Source of the DNA: the human T2T-CHM13v2.0 reference genome, Homo sapiens
Assembly: GCF_009914755.1 (NCBI RefSeq)
Contig: NC_060943.1
Length of the DNA: 64,000 bases
Strand: one strand, 5' to 3'
Shown: positions 1 through 15,120 of the stretch, piece by piece
Layout: every line of letters begins with the position of its first letter
Numbering within the stretch: position 1 is the first letter of the stretch
Translations under genes and position numbers: made by a program
The notes under the pieces: model-generated
The model's database searches: none
What the model was told of the DNA's origin: nothing
Seen by the model: only the letters and a program-made list of their open reading frames with translations

Positions 1-399
<399 letters not shown>

Positions 400-874
400 T
401 GAAGTAAGCCGTAGCTCAGGTGCTCTGGGATATGGTACAAGTGGCGCCAGTGTGTGGAGATCTGGGAGACATGGTGCTAGGAGAAAGGGGTCAGGGCTGG
501 GCTGTGAAGTTGTTTTTCAGCGGTGGAAAGGCTGAAGCTCCCTCAGGAGGTTGCTGAGCTGTTCGGCCCCCTTTGCCTCTCTCCTCCTTGGCTCTTGAAA
601 ACCACTGAAGGTCTGAGCACAGCCACTCTAGAGTGGAGCAGCCGCCCTGGCTGCTGTAGTTTCCCACATTAGAGGTGGTGGGATGGATGAGGAAATATAC
701 CAAGTGTTTATCGCTAGCGCCTTCTCTTCCTGCAGTGGGATGTGAGAGCTGTGGAATGGCCTTGAGCAGCTACCTGTGATAGTGGTAATAATCTTTAACC
801 AATGTGAGTGAGTGCCAAGCACTTCCCATGCTTGATGGCATTGAACCCTCCCTCTACCATGTGATCTTTCGATC

Positions 875-1140
875 TGTCAGTTGGGACACACTGGGCTGCA
901 GGTAACAAGATGTCTGGTGACTCCTGGCTGAGCAGTAGAGACGCCCCATTGCAAACATCCTGGAGGAGACAAGCTCCATGGCTGGTGCAGAGGTGCTCAC
1001 CTGGAACTCCAGGCACTTATGTTTCTGTGTTCAACCCTCTGTGTGCAGGCGTTTCGTTCGTGCTGGTGGGGTTGGTCATTGTGTGGTCATGGGATGGCTG
1101 CCCCAGCCTGAGGATCAGATCCTCAGACACGGCATCCTGA
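875..1140 (-). mobile_element. Ancient MaLR/ERVL LTR fragment (MLT1/LTR33-like)
   Basis: TGTCAGTTGGG...GCTGCAGGTAACAAGA resembles a reverse-complemented LTR 3' end. Confidence 0.45.
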
Positions 1141-2006
1141 GCTAGGAGGAGAGGAGTAGGGGAAAGGTTTCCTCTTCACGTGCCTTTCCGTTTGAAAGAG
1201 AATATGTTCTTATAAATACCCCTCCTCCCAGCAGACCTCTCTTTACATTCCATTGGCCATAAAGGAGCCAGGGGCCGGCCCTAGCTGCAAGGGAGGCTGG
1301 GGCAGCACATGTCTGTACCGTGAGAGACAGCAAGAGACAGGGGATGGCAGTGGCATCCGCTAGACAACCAAGTGTCTGCTGTGGGTGGGTGCTATTACCA
1401 CCCTTGCTATAGATGAGAGAAATCAAGGATCAGAGAGGTGAGAGAATGGCTTGCTTGGCATCTCATACAGCGTGGAGGGACAGAGCAGGGATCTGAAGCC
1501 ATGTATTCCCACAGAGCCTGCAGTTTTAACCCCTGTGCAGTGCTACCTTCCTGAGGGGGACACCCAGCCGGCCATAATGCAGCGTGGTGAGTAGGTGAGC
1601 TGCAAGTGCGGGGGAACACAGGAAAGAGAAACTCGGCCTGGGCACCATCAGGGAGAACTGTGAAGAGGGGTGGTTGGGCTGGCCTTCGAAAGGTTAGTAG
1701 GAGTTCTGCCAGATACACAGGAAAATGGCCTGAGGAGGTGGGGCCTGGGCAGAGGGCACAGAATGAACAAAAGCGGGTTGGGACAGTGTATGCTGGGTGG
1801 GTTAAGGAAGCCTCTTTGGGTTGAAAGGTGAATTTGTCTTATGTCACTGGGAAGTCTGTAGGAGGGGAGCTTCAGATGCAGCCCGAGTATGGGGCCCACA
1901 CGTGCCATTGGGGCTCTCCTTGGCTTCGCTCTGCCAGCAGGCTGGAGTCGGGCAGATCCTCCTGGTTTATCAACTCAGTGGAAAGAGGATTTAGAGTCTT
2001 CAGTGG

Positions 2007-2313
2007 TTTGTTTTGTTCCGAGACAGGGTCTAGGTCTGTCACCCAGGCTGGGGTGAAGGGCATGATCATAGTTCACTGTAACCTTGAACTCCTGGCCTCA
2101 AGCAGTCTTCCCACCTCAGCCTCCAAATAGCTAGGAGTACAGGCATGCACCACCACACCTGGCTGATTTTTAAATTTTTGGGGGATGTGTGTGTGTAGAG
2201 ATGGGGTCTCACTACGTTGCCAGGGCTGGTCTCAAACTCCTGGCCTCAAGTGATCCTCCTGCCTTGGCCAACCAAAGTGTTGGGATTATAGGCGTGAGCC
2301 AGCACACCCAGCC
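2007..2313 (-). mobile_element. Alu (AluJ-like)
   Basis: Antisense Alu dimer. Confidence 0.9.
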
Positions 2314-2315
2314 AG

Positions 2316-2770
<455 letters not shown>

Positions 2771-2775
2771 CTCTG

Positions 2776-3082
2776 TATTTTATTTTATTTTATTTTTTTG
2801 AGACAGAGTCTCACTCTGTTGCCTAGGCTGGAGTGCAGTGGTGCCATCTCAGCTCGCTACACCCTCCACCTTCTGGGTTCAAGCAATTCTCCCTGCCTTA
2901 ACCTCCCAAGTAGCTGGGATTACAGGCACCCACTACGACGCCCAGCTAATTTTTGTATTTTTAGTAGAGACGGGGTTTCACCATGTTGGCCAGGCTGGTC
3001 TCGAACTCCTGACCTCAGGTGATCCACCCGTCTCAGCCTCCCAAAGTGCTGTGATTACAGGCGTGAGCCACCGTGCCAGGCC
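2776..3082 (-). mobile_element. Alu (AluS-like)
   Basis: Full antisense dimer; TSD-like ATCCTC(T/A)GT on both sides. Confidence 0.92.
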
Positions 3083-3286
3083 AATCCTCAGTGTTTTTAT
3101 ACTAGCCCCAGGGAATATTCCATTTGGGTTGTATGCCTATCCAAGAAGGTGGTATTTGGGAGTGGGTGGGGGAAGATGAGGTAGAGATGCTAGATACACA
3201 ACATAATATCCACAAGTACATGTGCAACTTTTAATAGATACCTTCGTCTTCTGTACTTTAGTTTCCTTGTCTGAAAAGTGGGACTA

Positions 3287-3986
<700 letters not shown>

Positions 3987-4074
3987 AGAGAGTGCTCTTT
4001 GGAACCTAGAGCACTGGTCTCCCAATTGGTAGAAGGCCCCAAATGGCACCTTGCCAGGACCTGGTGTTGCCATT

Positions 4075-4258
4075 TAAACTTGGGCTGCTTGGATTCAAAT
4101 CCCAGCCCCAGCTGGTAAGAGCTAGATAACCTTGGGCAAGTAGCTTTACCTCTCTGTGCCTTAGTTTCCACATCTGTACCAGAGAGAAGAATGCTTAGGG
4201 CACTGCCAGGCACATGGTAGACATCAGTAAATATTCTTTTGATGAGTGCATGAATGGA
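4075..4258 (+). mobile_element. MIR core followed by MIR/L2-type 3' tail
   Basis: GGATTCAAATCCCAGC...CCTTGGGCAAGT...CTCTCTGTGCCTTAGTTTCC. Confidence 0.7.
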
Positions 4259-4586
4259 AAATCTGAGTCAGAAGCGACTCACGGCTTGTTAAACCTTTTT
4301 GGATTTGTATCGCCTAGAGTCCCTCCAGAAAAGCATTACTCTGTTACTGCAGGCTGAGATGACCCATTTCCCTGTTCCTCAGCCAGCCCTGTGTCTTATC
4401 TTCTAGGAAAGAATTCATAGTAATTTTTTCCAGGAGTATGTGGTAGGACATAGTAATTTTGATTGGTAATGGAACCAGCCTAATATTATGGACATGTAAG
4501 AAAATGTCCATGTTTTTCAGAGCTGCAAACCGAAACGCATAAAGTTGAAATGACATGATATCCGGCATTTGCTTTAAAATACTTCA

Positions 4587-4890
4587 GGCCGGGTGTGGTG
4601 CCACACATGTGTATTCCCGGCACTTTGGGAGACCAAGGTGGGAGGATTGCTTGAGCTCAGGAGTTGGAGATCAGCCTGCGCAACATAGCAAGACCTCATC
4701 TCTACTAAAAGTAAAAATAAATTAATTAACCAGACATGGTGGGATATGCCTGTGGTCCTAGCTACTCAGGAGGCTGAGGCAGGAGGATCACTTGAGCCTG
4801 GGAGGTTGAGGCTGCAGTGAGCCAAGATCACACCACTGTAGCAGCCTGGAAGACAGAGTGAGACCCTGTCCAAAAGTAAATAAATACAAT
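4587..4890 (+). mobile_element. Alu (AluJ-like) inserted in an L1ME 3' fragment (about 4500-5030)
   Basis: Alu dimer with TSD TAAAATACTT. Confidence 0.9.
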
Positions 4891-5065
4891 AAAATACTTT
4901 GGTAAGAAGGAAAAGGGGGGAAAAGGAAGAAATAAAGAATAGATGAAGCTAATATGGCAGAATCTTGACAATTTTTGAATCTAGGTTTGGGTACAAGGGA
5001 GTTCATTGTACCTTACTCCCTACTTTTTTTTAGCATGTTAACAGAACAAAAACCAGCCCTATCTA

Positions 5066-5066
<1 letters not shown>

Positions 5067-5101
<35 letters not shown>

Positions 5102-5112
5102 ACACACACACA
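5067..5112. repeat. (CA)n microsatellite
   Basis: About 23 CA units with one interruption. Confidence 0.95.
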
Positions 5113-5999
5113 AAGACTAAAAATTGTGTGACCATGAAAAGCACTGCGATCCTGCTGCCCACAGACAGTTGGGAAGGTCCTGAGCCAGGGTGGCGATGGG
5201 TAAATGACCACCTTGCAGTTCTTCGTTCATCCCCTTTGTGAGGAGACCTTTTCTGGTTCAGCAACTGGACAGATAGTGGATTTCAGGCCAAAGCATCAAT
5301 TTCTCATCTCTTTCCTGCTGAGGAGGAGGAGACCAAACCCCCCAGTGACTGACTCCTGGGATCCCTTTCACTGCTGGGCCTGGTTTTACCATGGGGTGGA
5401 GGGAGCCACAAGCTGCTCTTCTCCAGGGACCTGTGTGATGACGGCAAAAACGTAACTGGCCAATCTTCCACAATGACTAAATATTAACTCCAGCCCCGCT
5501 CCTGGACGCACATGAGCAGTCTTGCCCATCCTTGTTAAACAGGCAACCGCCCCAGCCTTCTCTCTAGTTGCACATGGAAGTGAGTGGTGGGCTGGGTTTT
5601 CCAGCGCTGAACGTGCTCTTCATTCCGCTGCCTGTGGACGTTAGGGAGGGGCTTCCGCAGTCCATCTGGCACTGGGTGGGTCTCAGTCCGGGCGGGCGAT
5701 CCACCCAGGAACTGACCCCTGGTTGCTCCAGAAAGGTCATCGTTTAAGAATGTTTCTTGGGTAGCCCAGTGGGAGACCCACGTGTGCGTGTGGTCAGCTG
5801 TAGCTTCCGGCTGTCTCACTTCTGCTGAATTCCAGCAATTTCTCATTTCCTTTAGGAAACAGGATGAGTCTGGAGAGGAGTATGAAAAATCATGACAAAC
5901 CTGGCGATAGGGACACTGGGAACCTAGCCCTGAATGAAGCTTATAGTTGGTCATGATTGCCAGGGTCTTGAACAGTGTGGACCAGGGGAAAGAAGGTAC

Positions 6000-6215
6000 C
6001 TGGGGCCAGATGCCCTGGATTCAAATCCCACCACCCCCACTAACACTTGTGACCTTGAGAAAGTTGCGTAACCTCTCTGTGCCTCAGTTTGCTCATTTGT
6101 AAAATGATGATAGTACCTGCCTCGTAGGATTTAAGGATTAAATTAGATACTGTTTTTTAAGTGTTTGAAACTGCCTCTTCTGTAGTAGTTCCTCAATTAA
6201 TAGTGGCTATGACAG
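6000..6215 (+). mobile_element. MIR
   Basis: TGTGACCTTGAGAAAGTT...CTCTCTGTGCCTCAGTTTGCTCATTTGTAAAATG core. Confidence 0.8.
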
Positions 6216-6276
6216 TATTATCATATCCTATCCTGTTGTAATGGGCATGCACAGTTAGGATTAAGAACCTTTGGTC

Positions 6277-6590
<314 letters not shown>

Positions 6591-6970
6591 GAACCTCGGT
6601 TTATAAATAGTGGTTCAGATGGAAGCAGAAATTAGAGGAGAGGAAGAGGGAAGCACTTTTCTCCCCAGCAGTCCATGGTTTGAGGAAATAGGCTTAATTT
6701 CATCGTTGAAAAATGTTATTTTTCACTCGATGTTCAAAATCTCCTAGGAAAGCAGGGGCAAAAGACTTTTTTTTTTTTTTTTCCTCCTCATGCTTGGTCA
6801 TGCAAAAGACTTTAAAGAGAGAAAATGTCTCTTCCCCACTTCTCTATATACATGCTGGGAAAAAAAAGACTGGAAGGAAATGAACCAATGTCTTAACAGT
6901 GGTTGCCCTTTGGTGGGGAGAGAATGAGTAACTCTATAATCTTCTTTGTACATTTATGTTCCAAGTTTTT

Positions 6971-7182
6971 TATATATATATATATGTTATATATATATAT
7001 AACATATATATATAACATATATATAACATATATAACATATAACACACATATAACACACATATATAACATATATAACACATATATATATAACACATCAATC
7101 ATATACACATATATATCACACACATATATCACACATATATCACACATATATATATATCACATATATATCACATATATATATA
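6971..7182. repeat. AT-rich degenerate tandem repeat (TATA/TATAACACA/TATCACA)
   Basis: About 210 nt almost entirely of T, A and C units, inside an L1ME-like 3' fragment. Confidence 0.9.
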
Positions 7183-7537
7183 CTACTTTCATAAACAGGA
7201 AAAATGTTAAAAAGTTAAGGAATCATGTGAGCTTGGCTTCTGGGGAGGTTGGGTGGAGTTACTTCAGAATAAAGCTCTCTGCTTAATGTTTGAGTGTCCA
7301 GAGACGTTTGCACCCCACCCTTCCTTAAGGTGTACTTGAGGCCTATTAAATTTCTACCTAGAAAGTTCTTGATATCAAAGATGATCCCTCAAACTCCATT
7401 CTTCCGCCTGCCCAGACTTGTTCTAGATATTTATCTTCTCTCCCATCTTTCTCTTGAGATGAAAGAACTCTAATTCTTTTGTGGTTCTTCTGATCTTGCA
7501 AAAGAACCACATTTTTTAAAACTTAAAAAAAAAATTC

Positions 7538-7822
7538 TGAGACAGGGTCTTGCCCTGTTGCCCAGGCTGGAGTGCAGTGGGAACAATCATAGCTCACTTC
7601 AGCCTCAGCCTCTTAGCTCAGGTGATCCTCTTGCCTCAGCCTCCCAAATAGCTATGACCACAGGCATGTGCCACCATGCCTGGTTAATGGTTTTTATTAT
7701 TCGTAGAGACTGGGTCTTGCTATGTTGCCCAGGCTGGTCTCAAATTCCTGGGCTCAAAGCAATCCTGCCGCCTTGGCCTCCCCAAGTGCTGGGATCACAG
7801 GCATGAGCCACCGTGCCTGGCC
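7538..7822 (-). mobile_element. Alu (AluJ-like)
   Basis: Antisense dimer. Confidence 0.9.
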
Positions 7823-8149
7823 CTGCAGTTTTTTAGTACTTTTTTATTATGATAAAATATGATAAAATGTACATAACACAAAATTAACCATTTAAAACTT
7901 TTATTGTGGCACAATATACATAACAAATTTTTTTTATATTTTATAATTAGCTTTAGCTTGATTGTGGTGATTTTGTCACAATGTATATGTATATACAAGT
8001 TGTCCACCTTAAGTATGAACAGTTTTTATTTGTCAGTTATACCTTTAAGGAAACTGTAAAAAAGAAAATATGCACAACTCATTTAGTAACCTAGAAGTCA
8101 AGTGTTTAATTTTCTGAAATTTTATTATGCCCAGTTACATTACTGATAG

Positions 8150-8958
<809 letters not shown>

Positions 8959-9255
8959 GGCAGGGCACAGTGGCTCATGCCTGTAATCCCAGCACTTTGG
9001 GAGCCAAGACAGGTGGATCACTTGAAGCCAGGAGTTCGAGACCAGCCTGGCCAATGTGGTGAAACCCGATCTCTACTAAAAATACAAAAAAATTAGCCAG
9101 GCGTGGTGGCATGCTGCTGTAGTCTCAGCTACTCGGGAAGCTGAGGCATGAGAATGGCTTGAACCCAGGAGGTGGAGGTTGCAGTGAGCCGAGTTCACAC
9201 ACTCCAGCCTGGGCAACAGAGTGAGATTCCATCTCAAAAGATAAAATAAAAATAA
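8959..9255 (+). mobile_element. Alu (AluS-like)
   Basis: Full dimer. Confidence 0.9.
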
Positions 9256-10424
9256 GACTGAAAACAGGAGAGTTTATTCAGTAAACATCAACTGAAGACC
9301 CTACTCTGGGCCAGGCACCAATGAGCAAGGCAGGCATAGCTCCTCCCTGGTGGAGCCCACAGCCAGGGAGAAAACACAAGAACCGCAGAGCCATATGGAT
9401 AAGTACTGTGTTCTGCGTGCTCTGAAGAAGAATGGGATTTTTCAAGCTGTAGTACAGGGAGATTCACAGAGGCTCCCCAAGGAAGTATAGTTTAAGTGTC
9501 ATTTTCTGGGTGCAAATGGAAAACGTGAATTTGGTGTATGTCTCTAGATAAGCCCCACTTCTGAATGATTCCGGCTGTGGGCAGGGATCCCCAGATGGGC
9601 GTTGCTATGGAAGCAGCTTGCACCTCTCACTTCCTGACTTGAGTTTATTTCCGAGTTTCCCGTGCCACCGCCAGTTCCCAGCTGTAAATACAGACGTGGC
9701 AGGGTCCCTTTTTCCTGCTGCCTCGTAGCTGCCCAGAGAACGGATGTGGCTGGAATCCAGCCCAGGAGCCTCCTCCCGAGAGAGCTCGTTGTGGAACCTG
9801 CCATGTGGCGGTTTCTCTTCCATCCCGCCTCTTTCCTTTGTCCTCTCTCGGGACTGTGCCAGCGTGCCCCAGCCTGTGTTTTGAAACTTTAGACCCCAGC
9901 TTGTATTTGGTAGAGAAATGAGCTCATGAGGGCTTCCTCCGCCACCCAGCAACCGGGAAGTTGAGTCAAATCTCTTTCATTTCAGATCCATCCCCCACCC
10001 CCACCCCCAGGCCAGATTTGCCACCCTTCTGACAGAAACTGGGTTAGCTGTTCTCTGGGACTGTTTGTGAGGAGGGGACTTGTTGACCTGAACAAAGGAA
10101 CTACAAACAAGACAGGGGAGGGATGTGGCTGATTGCTCACTGGGATTGGGACTTTTCAGCTACCCTTCAGTGCTTTCGAATAGTAATTGCTAACGTGTTG
10201 AGAATTTACAGTGTGCTAGACAGTCTTTAAATCACTTTTAATCCATTTAACAGCTCAATCAAGTGTATATAATTATCCCCATTCTAGAGCTGGGGAGGCG
10301 GTGGGCAAGTTCGGCAAGTTGAGTCATTGGCCAAATTCCTGTACTGCAGCAATTTAGGCAAAAAGTGGGCATTTAACCAGAGGCTCCTGGGGCGGCCCAG
10401 AGACCTGAAGAAAGCCTCAGGACC

Positions 10425-10830
10425 AGTCAGTTACTTGGTTGCAAGTAACAAAAACACCAACTCAAATAGACATAAATTTTAGGGGAAAGGATTGGCTCAT
10501 TCAACTGGAAAGCCCAGAGGTGGGGCAGATGTCTGGGCTGGCTGGTCCAGGAGCCTGGGGCTATTGCCAGTGACCCATTTTCCTTCTGTCTCTTTATTGT
10601 TCCCTCTGATGTCAGTGTCATCCTCAAACGTGGCTCCCCTGAAAGTTGCACACCAGCTGCCAGGACCCGCTCAGGCTTGTGTCCTTATCCCTGTCCTGAA
10701 AGAAAAAGAAGGTATCTGTCCCGAACTATCATGCAAAACCTCAGAGCTCCTGTCTGATTGGACTAGCACTGGTCATGTGATCTTCCCCGAACCAATCACT
10801 AATAAGAGGGGTGAGCTCACACTAGCAGGC
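10425..10830 (-). mobile_element. Ancient LTR (LTR33/MLT1-like)
   Basis: GTCAGTTACTTGGTTGCAAGTAACAAAAACACCAACTCAAA...CTGATTGG...GAACCAATCAC. Confidence 0.6.
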
Positions 10831-11857
10831 TGGTTGCAAAACCTGCCATAGAGGAAGGGCGGGCTGGGTGCTGGGATTGGAACCAGGACACACATGCCAC
10901 TGTATCTGCATTCTCTTCCTCACTTGTTCACTCCCCACCTCTAGATCTGCGTTATTCATTCTCTTATATTCAGTCTGTCTTTCTGCTTTGTATTCTACTG
11001 GACAGGAAGCCTGGCCATCACAGACTGCTGAGCAATACACGTTTCAGTACAGGCCCCCAGAGAGAGTCACCGCATGTTCTCTCAGCCCGAGTCCAAAACA
11101 ACCCGAGGAGGGGAGGATGTCTCCCTCCGGACTAACCGGGGCCGAGGAAGGGGTTCTTTTGACAGGCTCAGCTGAGTCAGATGTCCCCCACCCACCCCCG
11201 GCCAATCAGCTACAGGCAGGGATGAAGTCATTGCTCCCTCTGTCCCCTGCCACGTGCCTACTATAACATCTTCATAGGACCTCTAAGCTGGAATCATTTA
11301 AGCAGGATGCCAAAGGACAGCAATTGGGCCACACTTCTTGACTGTAGTGACACTAAAACCTCATTGCAACTCTCTACAGGAAGGCCAGCTCTTCAGTGTG
11401 GCCCCCCAGACCCTGCTTGCTCTGGCCCCTGCCTGCCACCCGCCCCCACTCCCGCCTCATCCTGCAGATCCCTGTGCACTGCGCTCCAGCTGCTGGGCCT
11501 GCCTTCCTTGAATGCACCATGTCTTCGCCTTGCTCCTGGGCTGCTTTCTTGGTTCTCCCACCGTGCTGCCCACTACCCCTGCCCTTCTGGCCTGGCTGAT
11601 GCCGACTCCTCCTTCAGATGTCTCCTTCAACACACTCCCAGGGGGTTGCTCCGAAGCCCACCCCGCCCTTCTTCCCTGAGCTACTCATCTGACCTGATCA
11701 GGGCTTCCCCCTCCCCTTAATGTCAGCTCCATAAAGGCAGGAACCAAATCTGTTTTGTTAAAGGTATGACCCTTTCCACCAAATATGCTCCTTACTAAAC
11801 TTTGCTAAGGGAATGAATGAAGTGATAATAGTGACATAAGGAGAAAGGGAAAGCGGA

Positions 11858-12147
11858 GCACAGTGACTTGCCTGTCACTCAGCTAGGAATCCTGGCACTG
11901 TGGGAGGCTGAGGTGGGCAGACTGCTGCAGGCCAGGAGTTCGAGACCAGCCTGGACAACATGCTGAAACCCCATCTCTACAAACAATACAAAAATTAGCT
12001 GGGCATTTTAGTGTGCACCTGTGGTCCCAGCTACTTGGGAGGCTGAGGGGGGAAGATTGCTTAAGCCCCCGAGGTTGAGCTATGATCCCACCACTGCACT
12101 GCAAGCCTGGGCGACAGAGTGAGACGCTGTCTCAAAGAAAAATAAAA
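11858..12147 (+). mobile_element. Alu (AluJ-like)
   Basis: Diverged dimer. Confidence 0.88.
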
Positions 12148-12149
12148 GC

Positions 12150-12570
12150 ACCCAGATAAACAGGCGGTGAATGGTGGAGGAAAAAACTGGGTGCCAAGAC
12201 ATCATGTAACTAGTTGGGGAGGTGATGCTGGGGCTGAGAGCATCAGTCAAAGTTTGCTGGTCTAGGGGAGTGGTGGTGGCAGGGGTGAGTCCAGGGTAGG
12301 GGTTGGGGACTGTATATAAAAAGAGCCTGAGGTGGGGTAGAGCCAGTCTCGAAGAACTGAAAGGCCCGAACCTAGAAGCAGCATGAGTGAGGTGGGGATG
12401 GAGCAGTAGAAGGTGCAAGAAGCAGACAGGGCCAATCATGCTTGACCTTGCAGGCTTTGCAGGGTGTGGGGCATCACGCCTTTTACCTTCTAGGGAGTGG
12501 GGCACGTTAAGAGAGGGAAGAGGGCAAGAAAGGTAGGAGGGCTTTGAATATTGGCATGAGAATACTCTCC
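12150..12570 (-). mobile_element. L2 fragment
   Basis: G-rich antisense L2 pattern (GAAGAACTGAAAGGCC...CCAATCATG...GGCTTTG). Confidence 0.55.
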
Positions 12571-12599
12571 AGGGAGATGACAGTCCCCCACACTGACAT

Positions 12600-13135
12600 G
12601 GGCAGCATCTGTAGAAACAGGAAATGCGTCTCAGACACATGGAAAGATACCTGACTCTGGGCGTAATAAGAGAAATGCCAATTAAAATCATGCCGAGATA
12701 CTACTTCGCACCTCTCAGAAGGGCAAGAGCACAAGGCGTGCGCACATGCTGTGGGCAGTGGTGCGGGGGGCATCCAGGCTTCTCCGGAGCTAGTGGGAGG
12801 GAAAGCAGAACTGTCGCTTTGGAGGGGACTCTGGCCATTCCTGTGAGTATGACCGGGCACACACCCACCTTTCACCCCGGCAGCTCCACTTCTAGGAAGC
12901 TTCACCTACACATGTTCCCAAGTGTGAGAAGTGATCTTTGTCCAAGGTTATTCATTACAGCAGTGTTTGTCAGAGCAGAAAAGGGGAAATGGCTTGTGTG
13001 TGCCTTAATAAGGCACTAGAGGAATCAGTCGGGTTTGTCTGTGCAGCGGAATACCATGCGGCCGGGAAGGTAGAGTAAGGCCCTGATAAGAGGGGCCTTC
13101 CGTGTCTGTGGTGCTGCTAAGCAGGAAAACGAAAA
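12600..13135 (+). mobile_element. L1ME-like ORF2 C-terminal remnant
   Basis: Translation IREMPIKIMPRYYFAP...CPRLFITAVFVRAEKGK parallels L1 ORF2p IREMQIKTTMRYHLTP...CTRMFIAALFTIAKTW. Confidence 0.8.
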
Positions 13136-13139
13136 GAAC

Positions 13140-13580
13140 GCGATGGCTCCCGCCTATAACCCCAGCACTTTGGGAGACCAAGGCAGACGGATCATTTGAG
13201 GTCAGGAGTTCAAGACCAGCCCGGCCAATGTGGTGAAACCCTGTCTCTACTAAAAGTACAAAAATTGGCTGGGCACGGTGGCTGACGCCTGTAATCTCAG
13301 CACTTTGGGAGACCAAGGCAGACGGATCATTTGAGGTCAGGAGTTCGAGACCAGCCTGGCCAACATGGTGAAACCCTGTCTCTACTAAAAATACAAAAAT
13401 TAGCCAGGCGTGATGGCGCGCACCTGTAATCCCAGCTACTCTGGAGGCTGAGGCAGGAGAATGGCGTGAACCCGGGAGGCGGAGGTTGCGGTGAGCCGAG
13501 ATCACGCCATTGCACTCCAGTGCAGTGCAAAAGTGAAACTCTGTCTCAAAAAAAAAAAAAAAAAAGAAAAGAAAAAAACA
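13140..13580 (+). mobile_element. Alu trimer: extra left arm (13140-13266) plus full AluS
   Basis: Two consecutive left monomers, then right arm and poly(A). Confidence 0.9.
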
Positions 13581-13879
13581 AATATTGTATTTGTAATTGC
13601 CCGGGGGAGGGGGGATTTTGGAAAATGTGAGGAGAATATAGGTTTTGTGAAGATTCCAATGCCAGTCAGCCCTGGAGCACTCTTCATTATTTATTATTAT
13701 TATTATTATTATTAATTCTTCTTCTACCTTTTTTTGCTTAACTTAAGCATACCCTGTTAGAGCACTCTTAACTGTCAAATTAGATCACCTTCATTTTCCA
13801 TACCAGGCACTGTGTTCTTGGCTACATGTGTGTAAGTATCTTGGTGTGTGTGTGCATGTGTGTGCATGTATGATTTAGT

Positions 13880-14165
13880 TACTTTATTGAGATCTCTGAG
13901 ACACCATCTCTGAGCGGCCTTCCTCAGCACCCTGTCTAAAATGGCCCTCCCTGTCGCTGTCTTCTGCTTTATTTTTCTTCATGGTGTTTATCACGGTCTG
14001 ATGTTCTATATTTGCTTTCTACACCATCCTCCTTGGAATGTGAGCTCCGTGAAGGCAGGGATCTTTGTCTTTGTTCCTTTCTGTATCCCCAGCGTCTAGA
14101 GCAGTGCCTGGCCCATAGCAGTTGCTTCATGAGTGCATGTTGAATGAATGTGAGTGCGTCTGAAG
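13880..14165 (+). mobile_element. L2 3' end
   Basis: TGTGAGCTCCGTGAAGGCAGGGA...GCAGTGCCTGGC...TGTTGAATGAATG. Confidence 0.75.
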
Positions 14166-14170
14166 ACTGA

Positions 14171-14643
<473 letters not shown>

Positions 14644-14675
14644 TAAAATTCTCCCTTTACCCCCATTCCTTTTCC

Positions 14676-14955
14676 TTTCTTTTTTTTCCCCTTAGAGACA
14701 GAAGTACAATGATGGGATCATAGCTCGCTGCAGCCTTGAACTCCTGGGCCCAAGAAATCCTCCTGCCTCAGCCTCTTGAGTAGCTGTGACTACAGGTGCA
14801 TGCCACCAGGCCTAGCTAATTTTTAAAAATTTTTTGGTAGAGACAGGGTCTCCCTATGTTGCCCAGGCTGGTCTCGAACTCCTGGCCTCAAGCAATCTCC
14901 CCAGCTCAGCCTCTCAAAGTGCTGAGATTACAGGCATGAGCCACCATGCCTGGCC
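14676..14955 (-). mobile_element. Alu (AluJ-like)
   Basis: Antisense dimer; TSD CATTCCTTTT. Confidence 0.88.
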
Positions 14956-15120
14956 ACATTCCTTTTTCAAAGCCACCTTGAGAGCTAGGAATACTAGCTG
15001 GGTCTCTTCTGCTGGGTCCTGCCTGTGAAGCACTGAGGAGCATGCCTGCACCACAAAATTTCTCCAGCTGTCTGGGGTCCATCTCTCCTTCTTGCTTGAG
15101 CGACCCTTGTTCTGGCCTGG

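Noticed and set aside
1170-1262. CACGTG (1177), TATAAATA (1211) and ATTGG as a core promoter
   Set aside because: No CpG island or convincing first exon and donor follows; short motifs like these occur by chance in 64 kb.
6893-7286. Tyr/Ile/His-rich ORFs on both strands
   Set aside because: Translation of the AT-rich tandem repeat.
12080-12691. 203-aa minus-strand ORF
   Set aside because: It crosses L1, L2 and Alu fragments; a chance open frame.
13005-13505. 166-aa ORF and the many similar [25 protein letters not shown] ORFs
   Set aside because: These are the standard translations of antisense Alu sequence, not genes.
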